Part shown: piece by piece, positions 1-11,521 of the stretch | Position numbering within the stretch: the first letter of the stretch is position 1 | Layout: each line of letters opens with the position of its first letter | Origin: Lepidodermella squamata | Lineage: Eukaryota > Animalia > Gastrotricha | DNA length: 64,000 nt | NCBI GenBank assembly: GCA_047495785.1 | Contig: JBLDXI010000032.1 | Span: 2,852,001-2,916,000 of the forward strand | Direction of reading: 5' to 3' | Program-made: the position numbers and the translations under genes | The notes under the pieces: model-generated | Databases searched by the model: none | The model's input: the letters and a program-made list of their open reading frames with translations, nothing else | Told to the model about the DNA's origin: nothing

Positions 1-1802
1 GTCCGCGCTAGGGTGACGAGCGCCTGATGCTCCCAGCACGATGTTCTGCTTACCGCAGTCTTCACTACGGCACAAAACTTTGGTCTTGGCCCCATTCTTC
101 AGCAACGCATTCATTAATTCGGCGATAGTTTTTACAGGGCATTGCGACAGAGACAACGTGTTGGCCATTCGCATGACCAAGCATAGATCGCTGGTGTAAT
201 TGGCATCGTTGACAACAGCCCCTCGTTTGAGAAGAAGCTCGACCATTTTAACCGTGTTAGGACCGCATTTCATCTCGCCATCGCCGTTGATCGCGGCAGA
301 GATTGGTTGAATGTTGCATGTTTTATCAGTAGTTTCATGTTGTTTCGGGCAGGCTACGGAAGCATTGTTATAAATTAGGTATTCAACCTTTCCTAACAAG
401 CCAAGTGATGCTGCGGCCTCTAACGGTGATATGCCACTATTGTCTTCCGCGTCAAGTTTTGCCCCGCCTTTGATCAGTCTGGTTTTGTACATTTGAATTT
501 TTATCAACTTTTAAGTCTGATTTTATGAGAAGTAACTTTAGGTGATTTAATTGTTTGTTTTACCTGTTCATGGCTGGAATGGTTCCCAAGTTGGTTCGAA
601 CAGCTACGTGCATTGGAGTCTGGCCAAAGTTATTTCTAACGTTCGGATCCAGCTTCATGATTTGAAGCAGATCACCGACCATACCGTCGAAGTTGTTTCG
701 CGCCGCATAGTGCAGCGCTGTATTTCCGCCCTTGTCCGTCGCCATCACATTTGCACTGTACATATTAAGTAGCTGCGCGATTTTTCTTCGGTTATTTATT
801 GCCGCTAAAACGAATGAGGTGCGTCCGTAATGGTCTTTCTCCTCAATATCAGCACCTCCGTCCAACAAATGCTTCAATGCGGAAAGTTTTCCCAGCTCAA
901 CTGCGTAGTGAATGGGTGCAAATTCTTCGGGGGTCGAGTCATTCCAATCAATTATAATCTTCATAACATCTTCTCGAAGCAGCAATTTGACGACGTTGAC
1001 GCTTGAATTCCCATAGATGACCGCGATGTGTAAAATATTCCTGTGCCGGCTGTCCACTTGTCTGTACGTGGCATTCAATGCACCTCTTTCTATGAAAAAT
1101 TTGACGACGTTATACGATTGACTTCGAACAGCGATGCGAAAAGCTGTATCTCCATTTTGATCTCGCTTGTTCTCCATACTCGGATCTTGCTCAAGGGTAG
1201 CATTTACGGCTACAACGTCATCACGAGCCGCTGCTTCGTGTAAATTGGCGATTAGAGCGGCTGTTATGTTGTAGTCGACTTCGTATTCGTCGTAGTTGGG
1301 TAAGACGCTGGGATATAAAGAATTTTGCGATGCAGTTGTTGTTACTGTGGTTGCACTGGTAGTCGAGTCATCGTCATTAAAATCATTCATTGTGTGACCA
1401 CTTAAAAGTCCAATCCAATGCGCACGCTGATTGGTCAATCGATCGTTGCTATGACTCCCGGATGAAACGTTCTGTCGTGCGATCCATAAGATTTTTTGCA
1501 ACAAGTGTTTTTTGCCGCAGCAATTTACCACAATTAATATGGAGTTTACGCTCGTGGTCAATGGAAACCGGGCAGAGGGTGTGGCAAGGTCATTTTTTTC
1601 ATAAATATAAAATAATTTATTAGTGGATCGCACGACGGAAATGTTTCATTCCGGAGTCATTAGCTACGATAAATTGACCAATCAGCGTGCGCCCCAAGGT
1701 TCAACTTACCAGTGGTTCCACAATGTTATCGCCCCCGTCTTCATCCGCTCGTATCGGAGCCACCACCATGCAAATGAGTAAGACAAGTTTGCAGATTATC
1801 AT
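1..1802 (-). CDS. Secreted ankyrin-repeat protein type A, copy 1 (3' end outside window; exon 1 interrupted by a 343-bp element)
   Basis: ATG at 1802 gives signal-like MIICKLVLLICMVVAPIRA. ORF 560-1633 has ankyrin repeats (GDTAFRIAV, PIHYAVELG, GNTALHYAA, GQTPMHVAV). Intron near 480-562. Closely similar to 11522-13401. Confidence 0.8.
1383..1725. mobile_element. Non-autonomous foldback/MITE-like element in a coding exon
   Basis: About 105-bp imperfect inverted repeats (cattgtgtgaccact...gtgcgatcca / tggatcgcac...agtggttccacaatg). Absent from the paralog near 13330. Precise removal restores the frame (D-N-F-N-D-D-D-S). A similar terminus occurs near 37015-37041. Confidence 0.85.
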
Positions 1803-2205
1803 TTCAAATCGCGCTCAAACACGGGCAAAAGAAAACTCAAAATGTAAATGAAGCAATGAAAATGAAGTTTATGCTATATTCTCGTGGTTACTTTTTAGTT
1901 ACACGTAATATGCGATGATAACGTTAATTTTCATCGCCTCATTTCGTGATTGTCATGCATTTTTTCAATATCAAGCTGCAATCTAATCAGGCTATAAATA
2001 ATTTGAAATATTCCTCAAAACACCTCCTACGAGCACGCATGCGAAGCTCATTAAAATTCGTGACTAGTCAGCTTGTTGCATTAATTACATTCCCTGGACT
2101 CCAGTACAAGATGTCGCCTGATTGTTTTTGAAATAAACAAGGCGATCAGGCCATTAAAATCTGTGTTAACCTCAAGCGTTTTTAAAGTTTGTTTCTAGTT
2201 TCAAA
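1803..2205. promoter_or_regulatory. Putative bidirectional promoter between ankyrin genes A1 and B1
   Basis: About 400 bp between two divergent ATGs. Blocks are conserved in the duplicate at 13402-13785 (tttcaatatcaagctgcaatctaatca, ttaaaattcgtg, tccagtacaagat). Confidence 0.55.
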
Positions 2206-3916
2206 ATGGCAGTTAGATTGTTGTCAGATATCTTGTTGTCAGTGGTAGTTTTCATTTGTGCGGCCGCCGATGAGTACGAGACAGATTTCGGGCGATCTAT
2301 GTCGTTGGTCGTGCAGTTACACGAGGCAGCGGCGAAAAATGACGTAGCAGCAGTGCGGTTCGCATTGGCCCAGGACCCGCTCGTCATAAACACGCGCGAT
2401 AGTAACAGTGAAACCGCGCTTCAAATCGCCGTTCGGACGAACTCGATCGACGCAGCTTGGCTACTAATGAATAAGAATTCGCTGGATTCAGCAGATCATC
2501 GAACGGCGTCTGGGGCGACCCTGCTCCACGTGGCAGTTCGAAACGGTAACTTGTCTTTGGTAAACTTACTCACCCGTGAACGCCAGATGTGGATTAACAC
2601 CGCTGATCCAACGAATGGATCGCAGCCACTCCATGACGCTGCAAAGCTGGGCAAGCTTGCTATTTTGAAAAGTCTCTTGGAGAAAGGTGCTCAAGTGGAA
2701 GCAACGGATTCAAGCGGCCGTACTCCGTTATTGGTCGCTGTTTATGAGAACCAACAGAGCGTGGTCGCTACCTTACTGGCCTACTACAACGCCAACATTA
2801 AAGCAACTGACAACAGAGGTTTAACTGTAGTTCACATCGCTGCTGAAAGGAATTACGTCGACCTGTTGAAACTACTGCTGAAGGACAGCCGCGTCTCAGC
2901 GCGGATTAAATCGAGAAATAACTCTCGCGAACCTCTCCACACAGCTGTTGAGTCGGATTACGGCAACCTAGAGGCTATGCAAGTCCTTGTTGACAATGGC
3001 GCTAATGTCAGAGCGATTGATTCTTCACAAGATACGCCGCTATCTATCGCAGCTGGGAAAGGAAAACTATCAAAAATTGAATTCCTTACTCGAAACGAAA
3101 CGGCTGTTATCTGCCCACCAAATCTGCAATGTGGCAACGACCCGCTCAGCGCTGCTATCCTGCAACAGAGTAATACAACAGGTTGCAGCGAGCTGATGAT
3201 CGATACGGTTGAGTTGCTTCTCAGCCGGGGGGTCGGCGTGAAACAGGCGAATTTCAACAGCCACATCTGTGAGGTCATGCGAATTGCGTCTAATAATGAC
3301 AACGGGCGGTGTCCGATTATTTGGGTCGCGCAGTTGATATACGCGTTCACAAGCCGTGGGGTGAAAACAGCAGTCATGTGCAGCTATCGAGACTGTGGAG
3401 ACAAGCCCATCTCATCGAGTCGAACTGGAGCTAGGCATCCGAAAGTTGATCCATACGATTTCCGAGTTTGCTTGGATCGTCGACCCGACATAAGAGCAGC
3501 TCTGAAATACTTGGTTAATATTACGAATGACATGGACGCTACTCAAGAAAACGGAACTGCGACATGGAAAAATAGCAAAACGCTCGGTAAGTTAGGTAAT
3601 AATTGCCTTCAAAATATTTAAAAGCTTTTTCCTCAGCTCTTCAAAATATGAAGTGTGCACCGATCTGCTCTTATACCTGCGCGCCAGGTGAGTGCGGTGA
3701 CCTAGTTTCAGACACATCACTTTATTTCTGTTTTTCGCAGAAAATTCTCCTTTCTGGAGTAATCCTACGCTAGACGGCGTCGACGATGATCTGATAGAAG
3801 TTCAAGTGCCACTACCAGTTCGTAGTCCATCTACATCATCTACAACGACTACCCGCCGGCCAAGTTTTTCTGGCTCCGGTTCTCGACGCCTATCTAGCAC
3901 CGGGGTTCGCAAGTGA
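2206..3916 (+). CDS. Secreted ankyrin-repeat protein type B, copy 1 (3 exons: ~2206-3587, 3638-3687, 3741-3916)
   Basis: Signal-like MAVRLLSDILLSVVVFICAAA, about 8-9 ankyrin repeats and a Cys-rich domain with GARHPKVDPYDFRVCLDRRPDIR. GT-AG splicing adds CAPICSYTCAP and a Ser/Thr/Arg tail ending in TGA at 3914-3916. Confidence 0.88.
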
Positions 3917-4435
3917 TGATGCGTCACCCTGCAATGAATTCGACAGAAAAATTGACATACCTTGTGTAGAAAAAATGTATTTAAATTTTCAGGATGTAAT
4001 TTCCGAAAAATACAGATAGATAAAAACATTATCATTTATTTCAAAGAAAAAATGATAATCTGCAGGCAGTGCAACGACCTGTTGCCCGAACCCACCGAAC
4101 CCAAAATTAATCTACAATTATTTTTAGAACAAAGGTTATAAAAGTTATAAGAAAAATCGCAACAATAGGTATATCTAGCTGTACAGGTGCCGGTGGACAA
4201 TAACTTTACACAAGCTAAAAGCTAAATATTAACGATGGTGTTACGACCCGAGTCCGAAAGCGACCACATCGCGGTCTGGTCGACCAGACCCCGACGTGGC
4301 TATAGGCGATTTCCACGCCGCGCTCTGGTCGACCAGGATGCGACGGGCCTGCTATCTCTCTCATCAAACACCCATGTCGGGCTTCGGCTCGTAGGTGTCG
4401 ACCGAGTTACGGTGGGCTCCAAATCGAGAACAATG

Positions 4436-4789
4436 GACGCGCGCGCGCGCGTGAGCCAGAGCCCGACCGCACTTATTGGCTGAGTTGAGTGGCCGAACAT
4501 TTTTTAATTAACATAAATTTACCAACAAAATGGTGAAGTCACAAGCTGTATGTTCAGTGCGCCTTAACTGACTCGCGATTTTTGTTTCCGCTTGTTTAAT
4601 ACATAATACCTAATAATCGAGCCTTTTTCAAATATTCCGTTATTTTTGTGACTCAAGCTGTGGCTGCTCAGGTGCTAATAGACACTTAAATACATTATTC
4701 CTACTTCGCTTCCACTTAAATTAAAAATAGAATGACTAGTAAAAAGTTGAAATCAAACGTAGTCGGGCTCTGGCTCATGCACGCACGTC
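4436..4789. mobile_element. Probable MITE with short inverted repeats
   Basis: gcgtgagccagagcccgac (~4449-4467) is inverted as gtcgggctctggctcatgc (~4762-4780). AT-rich noncoding interior. No TSD resolved. Confidence 0.5.
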
Positions 4790-5687
4790 GGAATCACCGG
4801 CGGGTCGGAAAATGTGCATTAATTCCGAGTAACATTTAAAAAACGTCATCAGCTTCTGCCTGTGTCTCGCATTCTTCGAGGTACCAGATTTCTTGCTTTG
4901 GTTTTGTGGCCTCAACAAGATCTTCTACGGCCGAACCGTCGCCACCTAAATCCATGAGACGTACTATAGGACGCCGCGGCTTCGAAGCTCTCATTACATG
5001 ACCGCTCGGTTGCTACCCGGCCGTGAATAATTATTCTGTGAATACGAGTTAATTTTATGTCCACGTATTTCGAAATTCAAAATTTTTTAAATGTCAATAA
5101 TTAAAAACTGCTGAGAATTAATTTACAGCAAAAGATCGGCGAGACGCTGTGTAAAGATGTGTTTATCTTGTTGATCTTAAGCAAAAAATAGGCTTAAGAT
5201 GATTGCAAAAAATGTAATGAGATGATTCATTGGTCGAGTTGGACTTTGGATCTGATTAAAAATATCACGCTTTTTCTGATTTTCTGAGTGCCGCGGCGTT
5301 GTTGCCAAGAGTACGTCTCATGCCTGAATCCTTCTTGCCAGTATCTTCTTCGACCGGAGAATCTATCAATTGATCACTAGAATCGATCGATTGATCAAAT
5401 TCCTCATTTTCAACAGAATGGAAACTTTCGTCCATTATCGAAAGCAAAATTATTTGACAGTATATATTTTTTTATTAAAAAAGTTTGCTACATTCACCCT
5501 CATTTCTGCGACCGTCTGCGACCTGCTGCGTCATAGCACGCGTTTGCGCAGCGGAATAGCCGAAAGTGCGACGGATTACGTTTAAGTGCTACTTAACACG
5601 CGTTCCTGCTACACTGTTTCGATTATTGCTCCACACGTTCACTCCACAGCGCAACTCCCTTTTCTGCTACGCTCGCACACCCACCTA

Positions 5688-7367
5688 CAGTGCTCCCTCG
5701 TTAGTGGCACCCTCCTTAAAAGAACTCCCTCGTTTGTAGACCGTAATTTTGGACCCTGCTAAATAAATTAGTTGTAAATTTTTAATTAAACAAATTATAA
5801 TTTTTTGATAGATTGAAAAAATTAAGCGTGAAAAATTAAAATAATAAAGCGTTCCTAGAAACCTAGCGGCGCGTTGTCGTGGTTTTGAGAGATCCATTTA
5901 TTTCAAGTTTAGTTCAAACGAGTTGAAAGATCATCAGTGCATTAAGCTGTTCTTGTGCCTTTGAAATGGCTGTGATTATGCAACAGAGTGTGTGGATTAG
6001 CTGCCACTCAAGTCGCGCTGCGAGTCGTCTTGCTTTTTTGTTAAACTTTTCCATCAGAAATTACGCCAGTTTATCAGACAAAATCAGCAATTCATTTCAC
6101 TAACTATAAAAATGCCCGTCAATCTTCTCCTTGATTTGCAGATTTTTCCTCAGGTCAATTGCTGATCAACTAAAAGACTCATCTGAATTGCCCTGATTTT
6201 TCAATTTTTACGTTTTTACCGGCCAGAAAATCTCTTGAAATTTACCAGCATTATTAGCATGATCAAATTAGGATATAAATCGTGATTTTTTTAAGGAAAC
6301 TGAAACTTCAGTTTTCCCAATTTTGTTCCCGGCTGTGTTGCGTAATCATGAAGAATCGCGTCCTGGTTTTACGATTTATTTTAATTTCGATGCATGGATT
6401 TATTCTCATAAAGTTAGGTCGCTTTCATTCGTTCTAGTTGTCCTGAGTTATTGGAATTATTAGCCGATTTTCGATAGTCGATAGGCCTGATCTAACATGA
6501 AACTGGCTGCCAAAACTCTACGATTTCATTGCTCTACGCCTTGGCAATTTTACGGGTTTTTTTCACAACTTTTAATCATTCGATTTTGACTTTGAAAATC
6601 GCAACATCCCGAGGAGGGGCGGCGGGAGCTTCTGCCCGAGTTTTTACCTTGCTCTGATCTTAATAGGCCAGTCGAATGAAAACGAGATCACGCCTGAGAA
6701 GAATTTAAAAAAGAAAAAGTCAGGTTAACCGCGAACAAATTATCGAAAATACATTTTTCATCCCAATTGTTTCAAATTATTCAAATTTTATCATATTATT
6801 TCTTAAAAAATTCTACGAATTTTAGGCGAAGCATGAGTTCTGAATTGAACACTGAATTGTCTTGAGAATGTTAGGCTGAATTTGCTGGTGATTTATTCAG
6901 AAGTATTCTGGTAAATCTTGACCACGGTGGTTGATCTTTTAAGCTGTGATTTCAAATGAAATTTGTTTGCGAAATCGGACGAGCTGGGCATTTTTGAAGT
7001 AAATTGAAATAATGAGATTCCAGGTTTTTTTTATTCTGAGTTCGTTAGCCCCAGGCAGGACTTAAAATCAGAGTAAAAAAACAAGGCCAACCAGTCAAAT
7101 CGAAACCGCCCTGGCAAATAAGAATAAAAACTTGGCGCGGAACTTATGATTCATAGTGTTATTGTTTCACAGCCTTCAGCAAACGAGATTTGTAATGACA
7201 CGTAATCCGTGTCCGTCTCTTTCTGCGCGTTGGCATGGCAACTGTCTTAAGGCGTAGAAACGGTCTATTTTTAGCTTCTGCATTCAATTACAGCCCTCGC
7301 TATAGCTTTCCCTTGTTAAAAGACCGTGTCTGGCTCCCGACCCAGTGCTTTTATCGAGGGAGCACTG
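5688..7367. mobile_element. Non-autonomous Tc1/mariner-pogo superfamily DNA transposon
   Basis: TA|CAGTGCTCCCTCG ... CGAGGGAGCACTG|TA: 13-bp perfect TIR starting CAGT with TA target duplication. No transposase ORF. Confidence 0.8.
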
Positions 7368-7381
7368 TATTTGCAATATAA

Positions 7382-7408
7382 TGAGTATGAGTATGAGTAT
7401 GAGTATGA
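7382..7408. repeat. (ATGAGT)n microsatellite
   Basis: About 4.5 direct copies. Confidence 0.9.
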
Positions 7409-7603
7409 CTGCCATCTGATGATCTAGCCGGACCCCACCTGTGGAACCTATCACGGTCTATCTGGAAACATCTTTTGACACAAAGGAAGGGTCACAACTC
7501 ACAATGGCTAATTGAATCATTCTTTTGACGTAGTATATTTCGCGCCGTAGTCGCGCCGTAGTTGCAGTGTCGTACTCGTGTCGCAGTAGTGCGTCGAAAC
7601 CGA

Positions 7604-7648
7604 TACATTACATTACATTACATTACATTACATTACATTACATTACAT
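7604..7648. repeat. (TACAT)n microsatellite
   Basis: About 9 direct copies. Confidence 0.95.
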
Positions 7649-7655
7649 CATCTTA

Positions 7656-8588
7656 AGGTGGATTCACTAATGTGCGACAGGTACGACACGTGTCGTACCG
7701 TCGCATGCGACTGTCGCAGCTCTGTCGCATCAAATCCGCGGACGACAGCCGAGGGATAGTCACAGTCGTGTGCGCACAAAACAATGACACGCGCGGGCGC
7801 TGAGAAAGTGTCGCGCGCGGCTAATTTTTATATGAAAAAACTTGCAAAAAACTTGTCCAACCAAGTTTTTAACCAGAAAAATCGTTATTTTCGACAGCAG
7901 TTACCCTATTTCCGCGTATTTTCGTCGAAATTTGATAATTCAATTATTTTCACCTAGCACGGCACCACCTCGCGGATTATTGAGGGCGCCAACAACTTTT
8001 TTATTTAAATTCATTAAGGAAGAAATTCGTAGTCTTGATAGAGAATTGTTTAAGTTTTAATTGGTATTAAAGCCGCCATTGTTTTCGAAATTAGCCTTTT
8101 GACAATAGTACGGCGGCCACCGTTTTGTTAAAAATTGTGATGTGGTGTTTCGCGCCTTATAGAGTAATAGTGCGTTGTCTATTCCTCCAGGTTTCGCGCA
8201 CAAGTCCACTGTTATACTTCGATTGCGCGCTTGAAGTGGACCGAACTAGGATGTTGTTTTACCTGCTGTCGGACGATTCTAAGTAGCGTGTCGCACACGC
8301 GAAATTCCACCAAAATCGCGCATGCGATGCGACAGGCCAGATCCATGCGACAAAATCCATTGTTTGAGTGCGCGCGCCCTAGTCGAATCTTGTCGCACGC
8401 ACACATTGTTCTCTGACTAGCGTTTATGAACACTCGGCGCGACTGTCGTACGAAACGCTGATGCGACGGTACCACACGCGACAACGTCGGATAGTATATG
8501 AACAACGATGCGATTTTCGCACCCGACAGTGCGACGGTCGTATGCGAAATATTCGTATCCGAAAATTCGCACATTAGTGAATCCACCT
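7656..8588. mobile_element. PIF/Harbinger-type MITE
   Basis: TTA|AGGTGGATTCACTAATGTGCGA ... TCGCACATTAGTGAATCCACCT|TTA: 22-bp TIR, 3-bp TTA duplication, many subterminal tgtcgca/tgcgaca motifs. Confidence 0.8.
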
Positions 8589-8611
8589 TTATATGCATTT
8601 AACGTCGGCAT

Positions 8612-8949
8612 ATAACCTCACCTCATGATACCTAGGCCGAGGCTCGTTGTTAGCCTCACGCGTAAGTGTTGAGGGAGGACCGCGCTCACATGGCGCTATC
8701 CTGGGTCACACGACGCACCTACAGATCCCTACACCCCTTCTAGAGCGTACGGCGTACTCATGGGTAATGTACACTATCGTACCTCTAGCCTCAAGGGGCC
8801 TCGAGCAATGGTTTCACATTGTCTACTCGAGTATTCAATTTTTTGTCTCACCAGTGGATTGCTAAACCACCGTCGGGCGTCAGCGGGCGTAGAACCCACG
8901 ACCTTATGCACATAGGCTAGCTTCCTTATCCACTAGGCTAGTGCTCCCC
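8612..8949 (-). mobile_element. tRNA-derived SINE
   Basis: Minus strand begins GGGGAGCACTAGCCTAGTGGATAAGG (A box) ... GGTCGTGGGTTCTACGCCC (B-box-like), then a ~250-bp body and a short gaggt-repeat tail. No proper acceptor stem. Confidence 0.65.
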
Positions 8950-9849
8950 AATTGGCTAGTGAAACCGATACAGGAATCGGAATATGTTCAATTCAATTAT
9001 TTCTGGGAAAATAAGCTAACTACTTTTCACATTTCGCATGAAGGTTCTACTTGGGCTCACCCAAGTCCCAAGTCATCCTAAGGTTGTCTCTGATGAATGA
9101 ATGCTAATGTCCTATACTTTTAAAGAATAATTGCGAGATCTCGTGTGCGCTTGAAGTTAAATTACGACAGAGTTTAACTCATTCCCTGCTCACTGCCAAG
9201 GCCCGATATTTTCGGATTCCGTCTAATATGAATGTGATCTTCGAGAATCAAAATTGGAATCATCTGAGTCGTGGGTTCGACAGGATATTTTGGAGTCGAT
9301 TCGAGCTTCGAACACCCATTCACCAGGACTAGAGAGTAGATAGAGCCGCGGGAGCAAAGCAGATTAATGTGAAGACGATAAAGTCTTACTCGTACGAGCC
9401 AGTTGAGTTGCCGCTTCGAAATAGGTCGCGCAGTTAGGCAGTCGATCTTCAACGCGATGCAGCTTGACGATTCGGAGTCGGACCCAAACAAGATCGCCCT
9501 TCTCGAACTGGCGAGTGCTGACGTCTGACGTAGCGGTCGAAGTTTTTGACGTAGTCTCGAGCTTTGTCGAGGATAGCGTGGGCTTGCTCCGCTAGCGTGA
9601 CAGAATGCGCTCAAGTTGAGCCAGGAGCCGGGTGAGTTTCTAGCGGACAACAAGCAGGCGTGAATACGGCGAGAATCATGTGACCGGGCAGCTTGGCCGA
9701 GATGACACCGGTCGACGGGTTGACAGCAGATCGGTAGGCGAAGAGAACGGCGGCAGCACTTTGTCCTAGTGATGACGGATGACGGCGATCGGTTGTAGTC
9801 GCGCGGAGCATATCGATGAGACAGCAGTTGCAGCGTTCGGTATGAGACC

Positions 9850-10450
9850 GTTATGCAAGTCATTCGCATCGAAGTCTCTCCGCTTAAAAGCGTACAAAAC
9901 ATACACTCTTTCACGGCTGGATTTCTGCCCTTCGGTCTACTCACCGTATCACTTAACTGACATTGATAAGCTGGAGGCTGTTCAAGCCCGGTTCACAAAA
10001 CGCCTGTTGTATAGAAGTGACCACTATTCATCGATTGAAGGTGCCTCGTATTATGAAAGATGTAAAAAACTAGGACTGTGTCCTCTTGAAATTAGACGCT
10101 TCCAACATGACCTTGCGCTATGCCATAAAATGTACCTAGGCTGTGTGGATGCTAGCTTTTCAAATATCTTCAAATCCCCGTTTACCAGCTCTTGCTGTTG
10201 TGATGAAACGATTTGAACATCCGAGCTCTCAGTTCAGCTTTACAAGGCGTGTGCGCGCAGCTTGGAACCGGCTGCCCACAAGTATTGTCAATAATTCTCA
10301 TACCGCGTTTTTGCGACATCTTAAATCTAAACCGGATGAACTAGTAGATTTGACGACCTCTGAGGTGAGGCGCCGAGAACTAACCTATTGCTAACTGTTG
10401 TGAAACAAAATGCATAATAAAATCAGAATCAGAATCAGAATCAGAATCAA
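9850..10450 (+). mobile_element. 5'-truncated CR1/L2-like LINE, 3' end of ORF2
   Basis: YKTYTLSRLDFCPSVYSP..DIDKLEAVQARFTKRL..YYERCKKLGLCPLEIRRFQHDL..HKM, then (frameshifted) FTRRVRAAWNRLP. AATAAA followed by an (ATCAGA)n tail at ~10422-10450. Confidence 0.85.
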
Positions 10451-11521
10451 AGATCATCTTTTAGGATCTTTTATAATTTTATTCGTGCCTCTATTCGAAG
10501 AATACCAGAACAAAGCTTCTCGTCATAAAGCGAAGTTGGAACGCGTAACTGGTAGGAATGATCCTTACCATCTCTATTGGCTGGACGCTACTCTTTTCGG
10601 GTTAACAACCAGAGACGGGGGAACGTACGGGGATGTGGGTTGGAGTCCCTCTAAACAATTGTGCTATTAATGCGCTAAATTTGCAAAAGGGAGCACTTTA
10701 AGCTAATATAAAATATTTCATGAATGGACTCGTATGGCAACCTAACGCTGCCTCATCACGGCCGGGACTACCGCGGCCTAATGAGCGACCAAGTTATAGC
10801 GACTAGAGCTATAAGTCTAGAGAAGTCCTGAGGATTTTCCACACGAACTACTTATTCCTGCGCCATATAAGTGATTGAGATGGCTAGACTACGGCCGCGC
10901 GACATCTACTCGACTCCGCTAGCTTCGCTCGCTCCGTCTCGTAGATCTCGCGCCGACGAGGTACGTTAAAGCGAAGTAGTTTCAAAACTCAACTGCAATA
11001 CCTATATCGTTAGCGTTAGTTAGTTCATCACCAATATCATTCGCCAATTTAAAATTAGTGAGGACCGAAAACGCATAATTGTGAATAAGTCATAGGTTTT
11101 TCAATTTTAATATTTGCGGATGACATTTCAGCCGATTTCCGACTTATTGGGCATTGTCAAATTCATGAGAAGTTCAATTAGAAGTACGAAATATGGAAAA
11201 TTTAACTATCGCTAGGTAATATAACTGCGCACAATAAAATTGCGCGAGTTCAGGATCGTGAGCAGCGTTACTCACCGTGCCCTAAACGGGTGCGGATACC
11301 GGGAAAATAAAAAAATAAAACACTAACGGTGGAACGTTTTACGGAGGAGACCGATATTTAGCCAGTCTCCTGCCACAACTTCCACACCTGGTAATTGCTT
11401 TATTTCGTTAAAACCAACTCACATGCAGGGCCACAAGTCCACGCGGATGGCATGGTACATGGCCAAGGAATAATTTTGAAATCATTTTAATTCAATTCAG
11501 TTAGCCTTTTATCCTCAACGT

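Noticed and set aside
1388-1633. N-terminal ~80 aa of the 357-aa ORF
   Set aside because: Read-through into the inserted element; the true start is at 1802 by homology to copy 2.
4830-5447. Acidic minus-strand ORF pieces (MDESFHSVENEE.., MRASKPRRP..)
   Set aside because: I could not build a consistent spliced model or recognise a domain; may be a decayed gene or transposon accessory ORF.
8860-8949. Possible tRNA gene on the minus strand
   Set aside because: A and B boxes are present but there is no acceptor stem; treated as a SINE head.
9174-9944. 256-aa minus-strand ORF
   Set aside because: Arg/Ser-rich with no motif; overlaps a GC-rich repeat-like tract and the antisense of the LINE fragment.
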